NCBI GenBank assembly: GCA_036172245.1
Contig: JAYWIR010000006.1
Coordinates: forward strand, 5,704,001-5,768,000
Length of the DNA stretch: 64,000 nucleotides
Reading direction: 5' to 3'
Source: Raillietiella orientalis
Taxonomy: Eukaryota
Position 1 is the stretch's first letter. The number at the start of each line of letters is the position of its first letter. The position numbers and the translations under genes are program-made. This document shows positions 35,400-48,040 of this stretch, one piece after another. Under the pieces are notes generated by a model, which worked only from the letters and a program-made list of their open reading frames with translations, had not been told where the DNA came from and did no database searches.

Positions 35400-36950
35400 T
35401 CATGAGTACTTCTTTGAGAGCATCATTGCATGTTGAAAAGAACGGTGCATTAATCATGAGCGTACACTTGTACGTGCGATGATTGCATCGCCGTGTGCGC
35501 GTGAGAATGAGACTTTTCGAAAACCTGGACAACTGCTCCAGTTTGATGAACATTCTAGAAGTCCAACGCAGTTCAGAAAAGATGTACGCTGTTAGAGAGA
35601 ATGCAGTGCATGTCTTTGTGTGACTTTTCCGTCGTGTCTTGGAATAATTCTGCCATCTTCGTGCTCAGTTACAAGTATCCGTTCGAATTTGGGGATGCTC
35701 TTCGTGAAAGTCGTGCTTAAGAAAGTGCCATGGAGGCATCTTGCGCACTGAACCGAGTGCACGCAGTGCATACACCATGCAGCCACCGTGTACTCGGTAG
35801 AAACTTCGTTTATGAGGGCTTAATCCTTGTCCAAATGATGAACAATGGAGCCTCTATGCACGGGAGTTGGCCCGATCAACTCCTGAAGATTTCTTATATC
35901 CGCGTTCTTTGTCCAAGTGCCATGCACGAGTGAAGACGGGAAATCATTAGCAAAGTCGACGTTTTTCTCGATGTTAGATATACTATTAGTGTTGTTGAAT
36001 CCACAGCTGCTACAGACTCTTCGGACCTCAAAGACATCAGTGAATTTTAATGCCACAACGGGAATGAATGCAACACGAAAACTGCACGAAAGACAACGAC
36101 ACTGTCAGAGTCGGTGTCTACCAGAGAGGAAAAAATGGCGCACTAAGACAGCAAACAACAAGGCAGAAGCAGACGCCAAAACAGACAGAACATCGACTGC
36201 AATCCGCCTCATCTTTGCGAAATGATTGATTGGCCATCCGTGACCAGCTGCTCTCGCCGTGAGCGTGCTGCACCTGCTAAATCATTTTCGCACTTTCCTC
36301 CGAGTTTCCTTTTCGGGAAAAAAGGGGCTTATGCAGTGCCCGGAGGTACCCTAGCTGCCTCATAACATTCGTCTCAACTACCAACCTGCTTCCGTTTCGA
36401 ACTGCACCTCTTCGAACGACATTCACAGCCGGCACGCATGCAATCTCACACCGCCACGGCATCCCTTCCGAAAGATCCTTCCCGCCTTCTTCTCATCCAA
36501 TTGCCACATAGGGTACAAAATATATTTGACGGAAGTTCGCTGGAGATACTGGTGAATTCGACAAGACTGAAGTATTGAGGTTCGATCAGGACGCACCAGC
36601 AAGTCTCGTCACGAAGTTGCTCCACTGACTGGATATTCCCATAAGGTGCAAAGCTAAGGGGGAACCTGGGGTCTCGTGCTAGGTGCTTGGGATGGTGGCA
36701 AGTGCTGTGTTCCGTTCGGAGAAACGCATGTATTCTGTTCTATGACACAAACACTTCTCTTGTAGCGAATCGATGCTTTCTGAGCAGATTTCGGACGTCA
36801 CCATCCCCTAGCGGAAGGTTCCGTCTGCCCACAAACTTTAATTCTCGCTCCGTTTTCAGATTGCTCCTCAGGAAGGGCGGTACCAGAAGGTGCAGAAGAT
36901 GGCGTCTCGAGCAATCAGAGAATACAAGCTCGGAGGAGATTCACACGTGC
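35400..36950 (-). mobile_element. ORF1-like + knuckle + USP-like relic
   Basis: LAPYGNIQSVEQL (Tx1/L1 ORF1-type), ELPSNIFCTLCG, GAVRNG...NVMRQLGYL, RRVCSSCG, QCARC...SIPKF, HGDA..YKC..FSTCND. Confidence 0.6.
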
Positions 36951-36972
36951 ATGATTTTCTTCGCCACCTGCG

Positions 36973-39578
36973 TTACCACCACTTTTCGTACTTAATCTTG
37001 GCTGTATCGAACCCAAGTTCTTCCAGAGAGCTAATGACGAATTTCATCATCGACGGAGGTCCACAAAGGTATGCCGAATTCACTGCTTCGCTTTCCTCGA
37101 GGAGCCTCTTGAAGAAGCCACGAGTGACTCTTCCGGCTGGTGAGAGGAACGAGTTTTTCGTTTCTCATGCGATGCACACGCAGCAAAAGTCACCTGCTGA
37201 GCCAACGGGGAGGCCCGTAGCTTGCTCCGTGAAGAAAAAGTTGCACTTGAAAGACTTGCCCAGCGCTTTTCCAATAGAAGCGATCTCTTCCTGCAACCGG
37301 ATCAAGTGGACAGATATAAAGTGCTGCACTCACCTTGAACAAAAGCTCTTCTACTGTTTTGACAGAGTACACCAATCGTACGGAGGGTGGATCCAACTGT
37401 TGGACATTGGTGGTGTAAGCCAGCTCTTCAAGCATGGAAATGATAGGATTGATTCCTACGCCTCCGGCGATAAACCACGTTTCCGAAAGGTAACCGGAAG
37501 GTTCGCTGGTATAGAAAAAAGTACCTCCAATGCGGAACCGCACCTCCACGCCCTCGTGACACTACCAAACAGGAACTATTTCAACGGGTCAGCAGAATGC
37601 CAGCGAATCGAAAATAAATGGTGGAGCAGTTGACATTCTTCGAAATCGAAACAAGGCATCCCAATGGCAGCACGCGAAAAAAATGAAATCGAGAAATCAA
37701 GGGAGACGACAACTACACATGGAAGCTATCAAAACAATGGACCATAACTAAATCTCAGGACGCTCCGGAGTACACCACCGTCATCAGTATCATTCAGGAC
37801 TTCAGTGTTCGAGCATTTTTTCAAACAAGCCCATCCAAGTTGGTGGTTTGCAATATATGTCGCGGGAAAGGAGACAACTGGCATTCGAACGCCATCGGTG
37901 AGAGAAGCAACAAATTATTCCTACCCACACAAGTACTGCACCCTCTTCCGCTATATCCACCGAGATGCTGAAGTCCTCGGGCAGCCACCGAAGGCATTGC
38001 ACGTGCTATTAGGGGAACACTAGCACCTTCCCTAGCTTCTCACAGTTTTTTTGTTTTTTTGAAAGAACAGAACGTCTAACCGATTTCTCACATTAGCTTA
38101 CACGCCAGTCCACGGCGGGAAAAAATACAGAGCAGCGGGCTAGACACGTTTCCTCAATGGCGAGTTTAGTTGCTGTGTCTCAGTCATGTGAGTGATTTTA
38201 ACCCTTTTTCCCACAATCTCCAGGGATGGAAAGAATCTCCCTCAAACGGGAAACCTAAACCGCAACTGAAATTAAATCCTTCAACATGCAACGGGGGTGC
38301 CGGATCACGGGCACACTCCTCAGAGTACCCCAAGTACCGGAAACTGGTTCTTCGTGTGATGGCAGGGAAAAAGAATCGCAACGAATACGAAGGGAAACAC
38401 CAGCGCAGATGCCGGACTGAGCAAACCGCCCGGGTGGACCGCCAAGTTTTCGGAGCACTGCAGCAAAGAGCCTACACGATGTCACAAAACCAGAATCCAC
38501 TACTACTACGTCATGAACGTGTCCGCAGAGAATTTGTTCAACGGCAAACTTTGAGCCACCGTCACAGCGGACGAAATGGCGCCGTAACACACAGTCGCCG
38601 CTCGCTCGTGCTCCACGCACTTTAAAGGGGAAAATAGCCCAGCCAGAATTACCAAGGAATTTACTTAAGAACTTGCGAAGCCCACTGATTCCCGAATTCC
38701 AAAGCATATCGGCGGGTGAAGCATCTTCCCTTGAATTTCGTACTTTGCCTTCCCAAGCAAAAATCTGGATGTTTCTGATCACGAAGCAGAATTCCCACAA
38801 ACCGTAGCGAAGAAAGAATACAACTGTTTCGCACACACTCCCGGGAATAGTTAAGATTTGACAAGGACATCCTATCAGATTACATTGCCGGGGGCATGCA
38901 AGAATACCATCTGAGCGTTGTTAGAGATCTGGAAAACACTTTAAAAAATTGTACCTTCAAAAAACGAACACCAAACATATCTTCTGGATTTCTCGACCCT
39001 AATATAAATTCAAAGCAATTGCACCGATCACCTGGGGAAGGCAATTTCAGCTACCTCAGTGAACTACAGGTAGATAGGTAGATGTACCACAACCACCACC
39101 TACTTTGGTAATAAACAATACTTTACTGAATGTGAATGAATCCATTGGGCAGGTTTCCATGTCGATGACTTGACTGCCAACCTAATTTTCTTATGCACAG
39201 CAAGATAGTGAGGAGATGAACAAATGGAGTAACCACCAATTTCTGGCACCCCTGGGATAAAAAGGTCAATCCTACCCAAAGACTCGAAAACAACCGAAAT
39301 AAATGAAATTACTGATTACCATTGACCAGACCGGAAAGTACACTGCTTATCAAACACTTGGAGAGTCACTTCTCTAACTGTGGGAGACATGCTTCTAACT
39401 TCACATATGCTTGCCATATACATCATATCACTTCGGGGTTCATTCCGGGTAATTTGTAGATGACTGCGTCTGTTCAATGTCAGGCGGATGCTAAAGAATT
39501 TTACCACAATATTTTGGGGGGGGATGATTGTAGTTACATTTTCCAATATTTTTTCCAACAACCAGCCAACCCCTTCAT
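36973..39578 (-). CDS. OXNAD1: Oxidoreductase NAD-binding domain-containing protein 1 (6 exons, one ~1.55 kb intron)
   Basis: MKGLAGCWKKYWKI|IRLTLNRRSHLQIT...FRSGQW|IDLFIPGVPEIGGYSICSSP...|...FIAGGVGINPIISM...|...|...YLCGPPSMM...IKYEKWW*. The 47-nt intron 39537-39491 restores the start. Confidence 0.92.
37700..38950 (+). mobile_element. ORF1-like + USP-like relic inside the long OXNAD1 intron (antisense)
   Basis: YPHKYCTLFRYI; G*TRFLNG..LLCLSH (38138-38187, catalytic TGT->CGT); EYEGKHQ/DAG; QVFGA; RVKHLPLNFVLCL; SYQI..GH. Confidence 0.62.
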
Positions 39579-39720
39579 GGTGCAAAAACCTAATAAATGA
39601 ACCGGAAACCAAAAAGCTAATGAATGAGTTTTCAGGTATGCGGTGATATTTCACCTCCCTGCAAAAACATATAAAGAAAAAATTTCACTCATGATTTAGC
39701 AATATAAGGGGATAAGTCTG

Positions 39721-42700
39721 TTATTTCCAAACTTGATGTAAGATCTTTCGGGAAGATAGTACTTTGGTAACCCATGTGGCAAAACACAACGCTATCAAAA
39801 CAATTGCAATAAAAGAGTGCCCAAAATCCTCCTTGAGCAAATCAAAACTGCGAGAAGGAGTCACTCTGGTGAAGAACAGATCTGGGAGAAATTGCCAGTT
39901 AAACCAACAAGAGGATGCTCACCTAAACCACAGACTAGCACCAAACTTGTAGATTCCAAACCACTAGGAGCAGTGAAAATGCCATGAATGAGTGGCACAG
40001 ACTGATTGTAATTGATGAGAGCATGGCTTGGGACAGGAAGTTCAGGAACATATGGCAGAAGGTTCTCTTCCCAGGAATCTGGAAGCCCATGAGATGAACG
40101 GCGGGGATTCATGTAACTGTGTGATAGCTCCAAAACACTTCCTGAGGGCATACCAACTGAACAAGCAATAGACTGTGTTCGAGTTCTTAAGTTCTTATCA
40201 TACTTACACAGAATGTGCTTGCCTGTGATACCTTTCTCAGTAACTGTGTCTCGCATGCTTGAAATGGAAGCTGGAAAAATGTAAGCTTGAGTTTCTACAT
40301 GAGGGACTGGGAGCAAGCTGAAAGAAGAAAATGCTGGCAAACACCAATAAAATGTTTTTAAAAATATTTATGTTTACCTGTGCTGTTGAATTGCAAATGA
40401 CCTTCATACAGCTCAATGGAGAACAATTCAGTTCGACGCAATCTATCATTGTAAAGTGAATACAGCAACCAGTTCTCTGAAAGGAGTGCATGCACAGGCC
40501 CAGTGGCTCTTTTATGAGTTGTTGCATAGACTGTTCTTCCAGTAACTCCATCTAACAAGATCATAATAACAGATGCTAGTCCTTGGGCTACTACAGCTAT
40601 AAGGTTGGGATTGAGATACTTGTATAGGACACTTCGGTCTTCTAGCACACGACCCTGAGAGTGAACTCTTTCCAAATATGGTTTACCCACTATAGCATGT
40701 ATATGCATATTGGAGGGCAGACGAAAAGTCCAAGTTGGTACAACAGTAATGGAACTGGGCAATGAGGAATGTAGAGAATATCCCTGAATGACTGTTTGGT
40801 CAGTGTTTGTGACATAGAGGAACATTCTGTCTTTGTTTTTATACACAGTTGCAATTGCTTCGGGGGGTTCAACTTGAAGCTCGTCACTTCCATGAAGTAA
40901 CAACACCACAGGATGCAATGCATCTGGTGTCAGCTGATGTAACATTGCAGTCTGTCGAACTGGGTGAGAAGTGGAACGTATGGCTAAAATATCGCCATTC
41001 ATTGGATTAAAAGTGACTAGCATTCCCAATTTTGTTTCCTAAAAAAAACTGAGTCACAAATTTCAGAGGTAATATACCAACTTGATGCTGTCCAACAAGC
41101 AAACACACTGGGACCAATGGATAATGTGCTGTAGTTCTCTGCACATATAGTAATAATTTGTTATCTTCCCTTATTTGAAATGGTATCAAATGAGGCACCC
41201 AGAATTGCCAATGTATGTAGCCAGTTAAACTATCTAATCCAAATACCTGATACCCAAGTCTGATGAATGCTCTCAAACTAATCTACCTTTCCTGTCTGTG
41301 TGACTACCACAAGCATTTTGTGCAAACTGAATTCATCCCTGGTGAGTGTTGCCTGCTGCTGTTTGCCATGAATGGTACCTAGCTCCAAAGTTTCTTTAAA
41401 GAAACAGGTCACTTGTGTCAACTGAGAACATAGTCTCTTCCAAAACATGGTGAATAAACCTGAGCCAAACTTATATACAACCATTTAAACTCACCTCCTT
41501 CTCCTTCAAATTCCTGCTCAACTGCAACTTCTGAAGAAGTCATAGGAAGATCTAGCATCTCAGCCACCAACACTGAAGCCAGAGAATCCTCTCGGCTCCA
41601 TAACAACTTGTCTAGGACAAATAACATAGAGTCTAATTCCTGAAACCTACCTGGCAACATGAAACCTAACAGACTTCCATCCTGTGCTCTGGCAATCAGC
41701 CGAGAAGCCAAACTCCTGTTCTTTCTGTACACAACTTGGCCCCAAAAAGCTTGTACTTCACCACAGTGAAGAGGAGGGTTCAGATGCAAAGCCATATCCT
41801 TCTGCTCTTCCCAGGACTTCAAATCCCATACTTTTATGCTTCTCTTTTGTAACACAAATAACCACAAATTGTTATCCATCACTGCAACATTTGCTAAGGC
41901 CAATGAACTATTGACTTGGAACACAAGCTGCAAATTGTCTTCAACTTGTTTCAAGAATAACAGCCTGGAGACTGTTCTTAGAGTGAAAAAGGCAAATTTA
42001 CTATTTCCTATTAAGGGAGACAACTCTACAACTGGTTCAGAAATACCCAGCTTAGAGAAAGAGGTGCTGTTAAAATATGTTTGTTGCTCATTTAGCATTG
42101 TATGTTGAAACTCACTTGCTTCTGGATCAAAGCAAAGTAAGTAGTTACCTGCTAAGGTACACCTATACAGAGAAAATGAAAATAAATTTTGTTTCAGTGA
42201 ATACCTGGTATTTGAATTAATCCAGGGAGTTTTGAAAGTAAATACTGATACTTTTTGTCCACTGAGCACAGAAAAAGAAGATACTTGAACGTAATCATTA
42301 GCTGCACCATTAAGCACAAGTACCAAATCTCCCCATGAGAACCAACCATAATGTAACAGCCTACAATATTAATGCAAATATGTCTTTAAAGTATCTACTA
42401 ACTCTGAAGGAATCGAAACATCCAAATGTATTTCAGATTTCAGTATTCCAGTTGATGAAGACCATTTGCGTAACAGATTTTTTTCCTGCAAAGATACAAC
42501 ACCATGTTCACTTAGATGAAGAAATTGTAAATCATATTCTCTTTGTTCCAGTATTCTCCGCCACAAAACAGATCCTGAAATTGTTATTTGCATTATTATA
42601 CTTTACTTAAAATTTCGTCGCATTCAATCTACCATTTCTCATTGAAACTGCAGCAATTACGTTCTTATCTGTTCCTACAATTGCGTGATGGCACATGGAA

Positions 42701-43135
42701 TGAACACCATGAGGAAACAAAGCATACTTAACATTTCCTAAATACTCTAATTTCCTAAAACACACAACAACAGCATGAACTTTTAATAGATAAAGATAAT
42801 TTTATTTCAAAATAGTCCTCATTCTTTCATCTCATTATAACCTTTACAAAATCTTTTAGATTGAAATCCTGGCACCGATTCAGGATAAGATTCTTAAAAT
42901 GTTCATGAATAGAATAATTCAAGTTAGTCAAATAATTGACACTAGCTATGAAATGATCGAAGGACTAATTTGGAAATTCTTATACTACTTCATTATATAT
43001 AGCATCCTAAGATTAAAATAAAAAAAGCACAAACCAATCAAACTTTCCAATTTGATCTTCAAACAGAGCCACTACAAAAAAAACTGTTCCAAGTACCAGG
43101 ACTACATAAGTTTCAATTAAAACGGATATGAGCAT
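39721..43135 (-). CDS. EMC1: ER membrane protein complex subunit 1 (multi-exon)
   Basis: Signal peptide followed by LFEDQIGKFDW; WSREDSLASV; RVHSQGRVLEDRSVLYKYLNPNL; PSGLESTSLV; C-terminal DLFFTRVTPSRSFDLLKEDF, TM helix and QVWK*. Confidence 0.96.
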
Positions 43136-45959
43136 TTTTTGGTAGTCTCAGATCATTGGGTATTGATTTTGACACCATTCGACGAGTCAGTTTCAGATAA
43201 TTGCTTCATATAATTTACGTGAAGATATATTTGTCAAGACATCGAACTTGTTTTTAATAAATCCTTACGGTAACAAGAAAACTGTCCTTGTTTCTGTTCG
43301 TGTTCCTCTCCTTTCTTTTTGCAATATCCCTATACCACCGTGATATCCTTGGTTAGCGGTGCACAGTGTACTCATAATCTCTCGCTTGAAGCCAATTCAT
43401 GAAAAATTAAAGGGAGCTACGAAAATGCAATCCACAAGGAAGTTATAAGATGAATTCTTTAATAAAAATATAGTCCTAAAATTAATTGTTTCTTTTTACG
43501 AATCTAATATACAATTCATTCGGTTAGAAGTATTAACTAATATAAAATCAAAAGGAGAGAACTACATCTTGAAATTTATGAAAGCAGTAGAATTTCGAAG
43601 CGTTATTCGAATCAGGACCACATTGAAAAATTTCTCTATTGAGAGAAATCGATGAACTGAAAACCAACAGATATCAGCACAATTTTCTACTACTGAATAC
43701 TGAATAGAACTAAATGCTTTCTATTATATTTACAACAACAAAAAATGTATAAACGATTGCCGTATATTATGGATTCTTCGATTATGCCCACAGCCTTCAT
43801 GTGTGAAATCTTACACTCTAGCTAAATAAACTCAACCTGACTTTGTATTGAACATTCTCAATATATAAAATTATTAAATTGCAATTTGCATGATTAGACT
43901 AGACTGATACCAAACATCTCCTTCTAGTATCTTTTAAATAATGTAAACTGCTGTGATATTTTATTTATTCCATAGCAGTTATAACGTAAGCAATAGTAAT
44001 GATTTTCTATTTTATGTCGCTTCATTCGTGAACAGTGTGATGGGATGTATAAAGTTACCGAGACCTCGAAATAGTACTTTTTTTATTGTGTTCAAAACAG
44101 TGATGTGCATTGAATACTGAAAGATTTATGGTCAATTTATCTACAGAAAGTATTATTCCCGACTCATTGTATGTAGAAAAAAAATAAGTTTCAATGAATG
44201 TCGTTTCACTACTTTTCAAGATATATAAATTTTAAAACTCATACTCCAAAAGCACTCTGCGACTCCAGTGAAAATCACTTCCTAATTTTAATGATCATTC
44301 AGATTTGATCACTAATTTATACTTAAGATTGGTTATATTTTAAGTAGTGATAATACTCTAGTAGCTGCGTTAAAACTGATATTATGGAAAATACAAATTC
44401 TGGTATAACGACGTGTTACTGTATCATCAAGGATTCCGATGCAAATAGTTTTCTTCCTCCGAATTTCAATAATATGGATTCTCTTGGTCTGAGTGAGAAC
44501 TTATTTATCCAGATACTAAGTATGCATATTCTGATTTGAATGCCATCAGCGCGAACTAAAAGCTTCAAAATCCATAAGACTTTTGCGTGCTTTGTGAGCA
44601 ATAAGGAAGCCTAGGAACTCTAACAGAAAGTTCGATGTTTATGAAATATAACTTTCAAATGGACAATACGAAAAAATGAAGTCAAAACCCGTGAAAATGA
44701 AACTTCTTTTCTACACTTTCCTGAGAGTTGGCAGTTCAAATTCTGCTCCTAGAATTTACTTACGTTGTTTTCCTGAAACTTGATTCTTATAAGCATAATC
44801 ATATGATTTCATAATGCAAGCTGTTTTTCTGTTTGAATGCCAAATTCCTTCAATTTGAAATGGTGCACAGGTATACCTTGTACTATGAAATAGCTTACGA
44901 TGGTCATAAAAGATTGTGAAAAATATATGGGATGAAACATAACAGAGCCTTCATGTACAAAAATTTGTGCTTCATGGCAAAAATTTAATAAGCTCACGGT
45001 CCATTTTGCATGAAAACATGTAAAGCAGCCTATCTATGAAAATACTTTGTAATGTCACGGTTCATCATGTCTCTGAACGGAAATCTAAAGAAAAAAAGAA
45101 GGAAAATGTGTTTGTGACCTTTACACCTCTGAACTACAACTGCATAATCCATTAAATGAAATACAGAAAGACATTAATGAATTGATAAGCTTCCTAAATA
45201 AACTTGAAACAAACTTCTTCAAAACAAACTTACTATCAAAGGAATAGATTCATCTGATTTTACAGGAATCAAATTATCTGGGAGTTATCTTCTTTTTCCT
45301 TAAAATTATCTGAATCCAGCAAGTTATGAATATCTATTAATATTAGGAAAGCCATTCAAAAAAGAAAAAACATATACAATAGGAAAAAAAAAATCTCTCA
45401 AGAAGTTTCGCAAACAATTCACGAAATTTGTTTCTAAGATCATCCTAATTTTTTTTTACAATCCCTTTTTTTTACTCAATATAGAGATGGATTCCTGTAC
45501 ACTCTGGTTTATGGCGTGAACGAAGATCGCAAAATTTGCAAAACTGAGGAAATGTGTTCACGACGACTACATAGGGTTAGTTAATTATGACATTGAGGTA
45601 AGGTTTGTAAACTAATAACCATACAATGTAATCGTAAACATTTCGGCTGTACGCACCCTATGAAGTAATGATCTTTCTGAGCATGTGACGTCCCATTTTA
45701 TTTCTTCCAATGTCCTACATTCTTGTAAGGGAAAACTCCTTAAGATTCTTCCTTTATCATAAGTCCTTTCAAAGAGTTTTTAGAGTACCTTCCAAAGTGT
45801 ACTTCAAAGCCGTTATAACATCCATAACTCAAGCGCTACCATGTCTTCAAAACCTCAGTATCTTTATGGGTTCACTTTTATAAGTTATCGTATCCTAAAT
45901 TGTCCCCAGGTCCAACAAGCGGTCAAACAAGCTTTTAACTTTCAACAAACAGCCTAAAG

Positions 45960-48040
45960 TCTGTTCTGTCCTTCCATGTTTTCATCAGTAACAACTGCAC
46001 TGTTTTGCAGTTCACTTCACTTCACTTTCACACTTGTCCATCTTTTGAAGTTCGAGTTCAGGCTGGGTGGTGGATTGTTCTTTTTGTCTGGACGTAGTCG
46101 TCAATCTTCCTCAGGATGTAACGATACGTCCAGGCGGGTACCCTCAAGCAGTTCCTGATCCCTATCTCTTTCTACACGAGTCCTTTCAAGATCTCTAAGG
46201 CAGGTCTTCCTCTTCGGGGTGTGTGCATCTTTGCCCTTCTTACCACGATTGATGTGATGAAGAGGGAAAGCCTGGTTCGAATCATCAGGTTGCATAGGGG
46301 AATGTTTCCGTTTCCCAAGAACAAGCATGCCAGGATTTCCGTCCTCTTGCATCTCTGTAGGCCGGTCACCGCCTTCAACGCCTTCACCACCAGCCAATCA
46401 GGTCGGCGCGTAGTGCAAGTGAACACGTGGAGCTGCGTTTATTCTGCTCCTTTCCTCTTTGCAGACTCCCTCTTGGATGTTCACGGTCCAGTGTTGCAGT
46501 CTGGAACCACTCAGGATCCCTCCATGATAGAACAACAGGAGATCGTCCTGAGTGTCCGGTGGAAGGTCACTCCTCCAGAGTGCAGCCCCGACCACCTGCA
46601 CGTTTGCATGTGCAAGCCCGTAGCGGCTCGAGGTGCATCGAGGGCGCCGTCGTGCTGGTGTTTCTTCAAAGTTTCTTCCTTTATGTTGGCTTTGTTCATC
46701 AGCAGTCACGCCTGACGTGGCAGCTGCTTCCAAAGCTCTGGCGGTCTGTAACTGAATCTTCCTTTCACCTCCATACTGATGCGAGACATTCGCGTTTGGT
46801 AGCGGTTCCCAATGGTGACGAATGACGAACTGTTCACAATGCACCATCCCCAATCTATCTTTGGTGCATTCAAACAGAAGTCTCTCTCGGAACGGGGACA
46901 AAGTAGGGTATCACTTCTTGATCCCAAATCTCTTTGTTTCTAAGCACCACCTTGACGGGTGAAGCCTCACCAGTTCCTGTTTCCTTTTCCAAGTGGGGTC
47001 GATACTCACGCATTCTCCAGTACCGCCTTTGAGGGCAGGCATCAGCCTCCGGAGTCTTTCAGCATCTTCGAGTAGGCTCTGTGCTCTGCGAAAGGTCACT
47101 CGTCCCATTTCGCAGTGAGTTGCAGAAGCTGTCTCGCGTTCATGGTCTCTACTGAGTGTTCTAACCTCTTTATTCCAGTTCCACCTTCCTCTCGGCTGCG
47201 GCACAAAAGTTTGAGCTTGACTCTCGAATTCTTTTCTCTCCACAACATCTTCCTTTGAAGTTTTTCGATTTCTGTCCGGACCTTGTCGATGCTGAAGAAG
47301 GCGGCTCCGTGGACCTTGGGAAGTAGAATACGGACATTCTACAAGGTAGCCCTCCGCCTCATTGTTGAAGTCGACGCGGGTGTACTTGATGGCGTCTTCT
47401 AGGATCTTCCCCAGGATTTCCTTCCACAACTTTTGCGATGCGGAAGCGTCGCCAAGGTGGATGCCCAGGCACTTCACTTCTTCAGCCCCTAGGAATCCCT
47501 TCTCCGTTCTTCCGAGTGGAAAGGTCCAGGATTCCGATGGGCAACAGGTGATTTTTCTGGACATGGTCTTCCAAGCCGTCCTCTCTTCATCGATTCCGAG
47601 GAACGAGCACTGATCTTTCTCGTCCTTGAGGAAGAACAGGCGATTGTCTGCGTACGCCAGGTGAGTCAGCCTTTGGTTGTTGATGCAGATTCCTTGGAAG
47701 CGGCTGCACCGTTCGACGAGCGTCGACACTACCCCCATGTACAACACGATCAGCATCGGGCTGGGGGCGTCGCCCTGGTGGACTCCCCTTTCCATCCGAA
47801 TTGCTGCCTTCTCCGTACCGTTTAATCAAGATCTTCACTTCCTTCTTCTTGAGTATCCTCTCCACGTACTGGCTGAAGTAGCTTGGGAAGTCCAGCTACC
47901 TCAAGATCTTCAGGAGCATCCCGTATTCCACGGTGTCAAATGCTTTCTCCATATCGGTGAATCCCAGCATCATGTTTTCACCGACGGCAGTACCAGAGGG
48001 TGGCCTGTGCTCACTTCACGTTCGCCGACATGGCACTGAA
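45960..48040 (-). mobile_element. 5'-truncated, frameshifted L1/Tx1-clade LINE (RT + zinc finger)
   Basis: DMEKAFDTV, GVHQGDAPSP, LAYADN, KCLGIHL, E*TQLHVFTC. Relatively GC-rich island in AT-rich intergenic DNA, with stops and frameshifts. Confidence 0.9.

Noticed and set aside
36890..37633. 247-aa plus-strand ORF
   Set aside because: Antisense shadow of the OXNAD1 3' exons.
38320..38365. EYPKYRKLVLRVM as a hAT dimerisation motif
   Set aside because: No other hAT features, and it lies between USP Cys- and Q-boxes.
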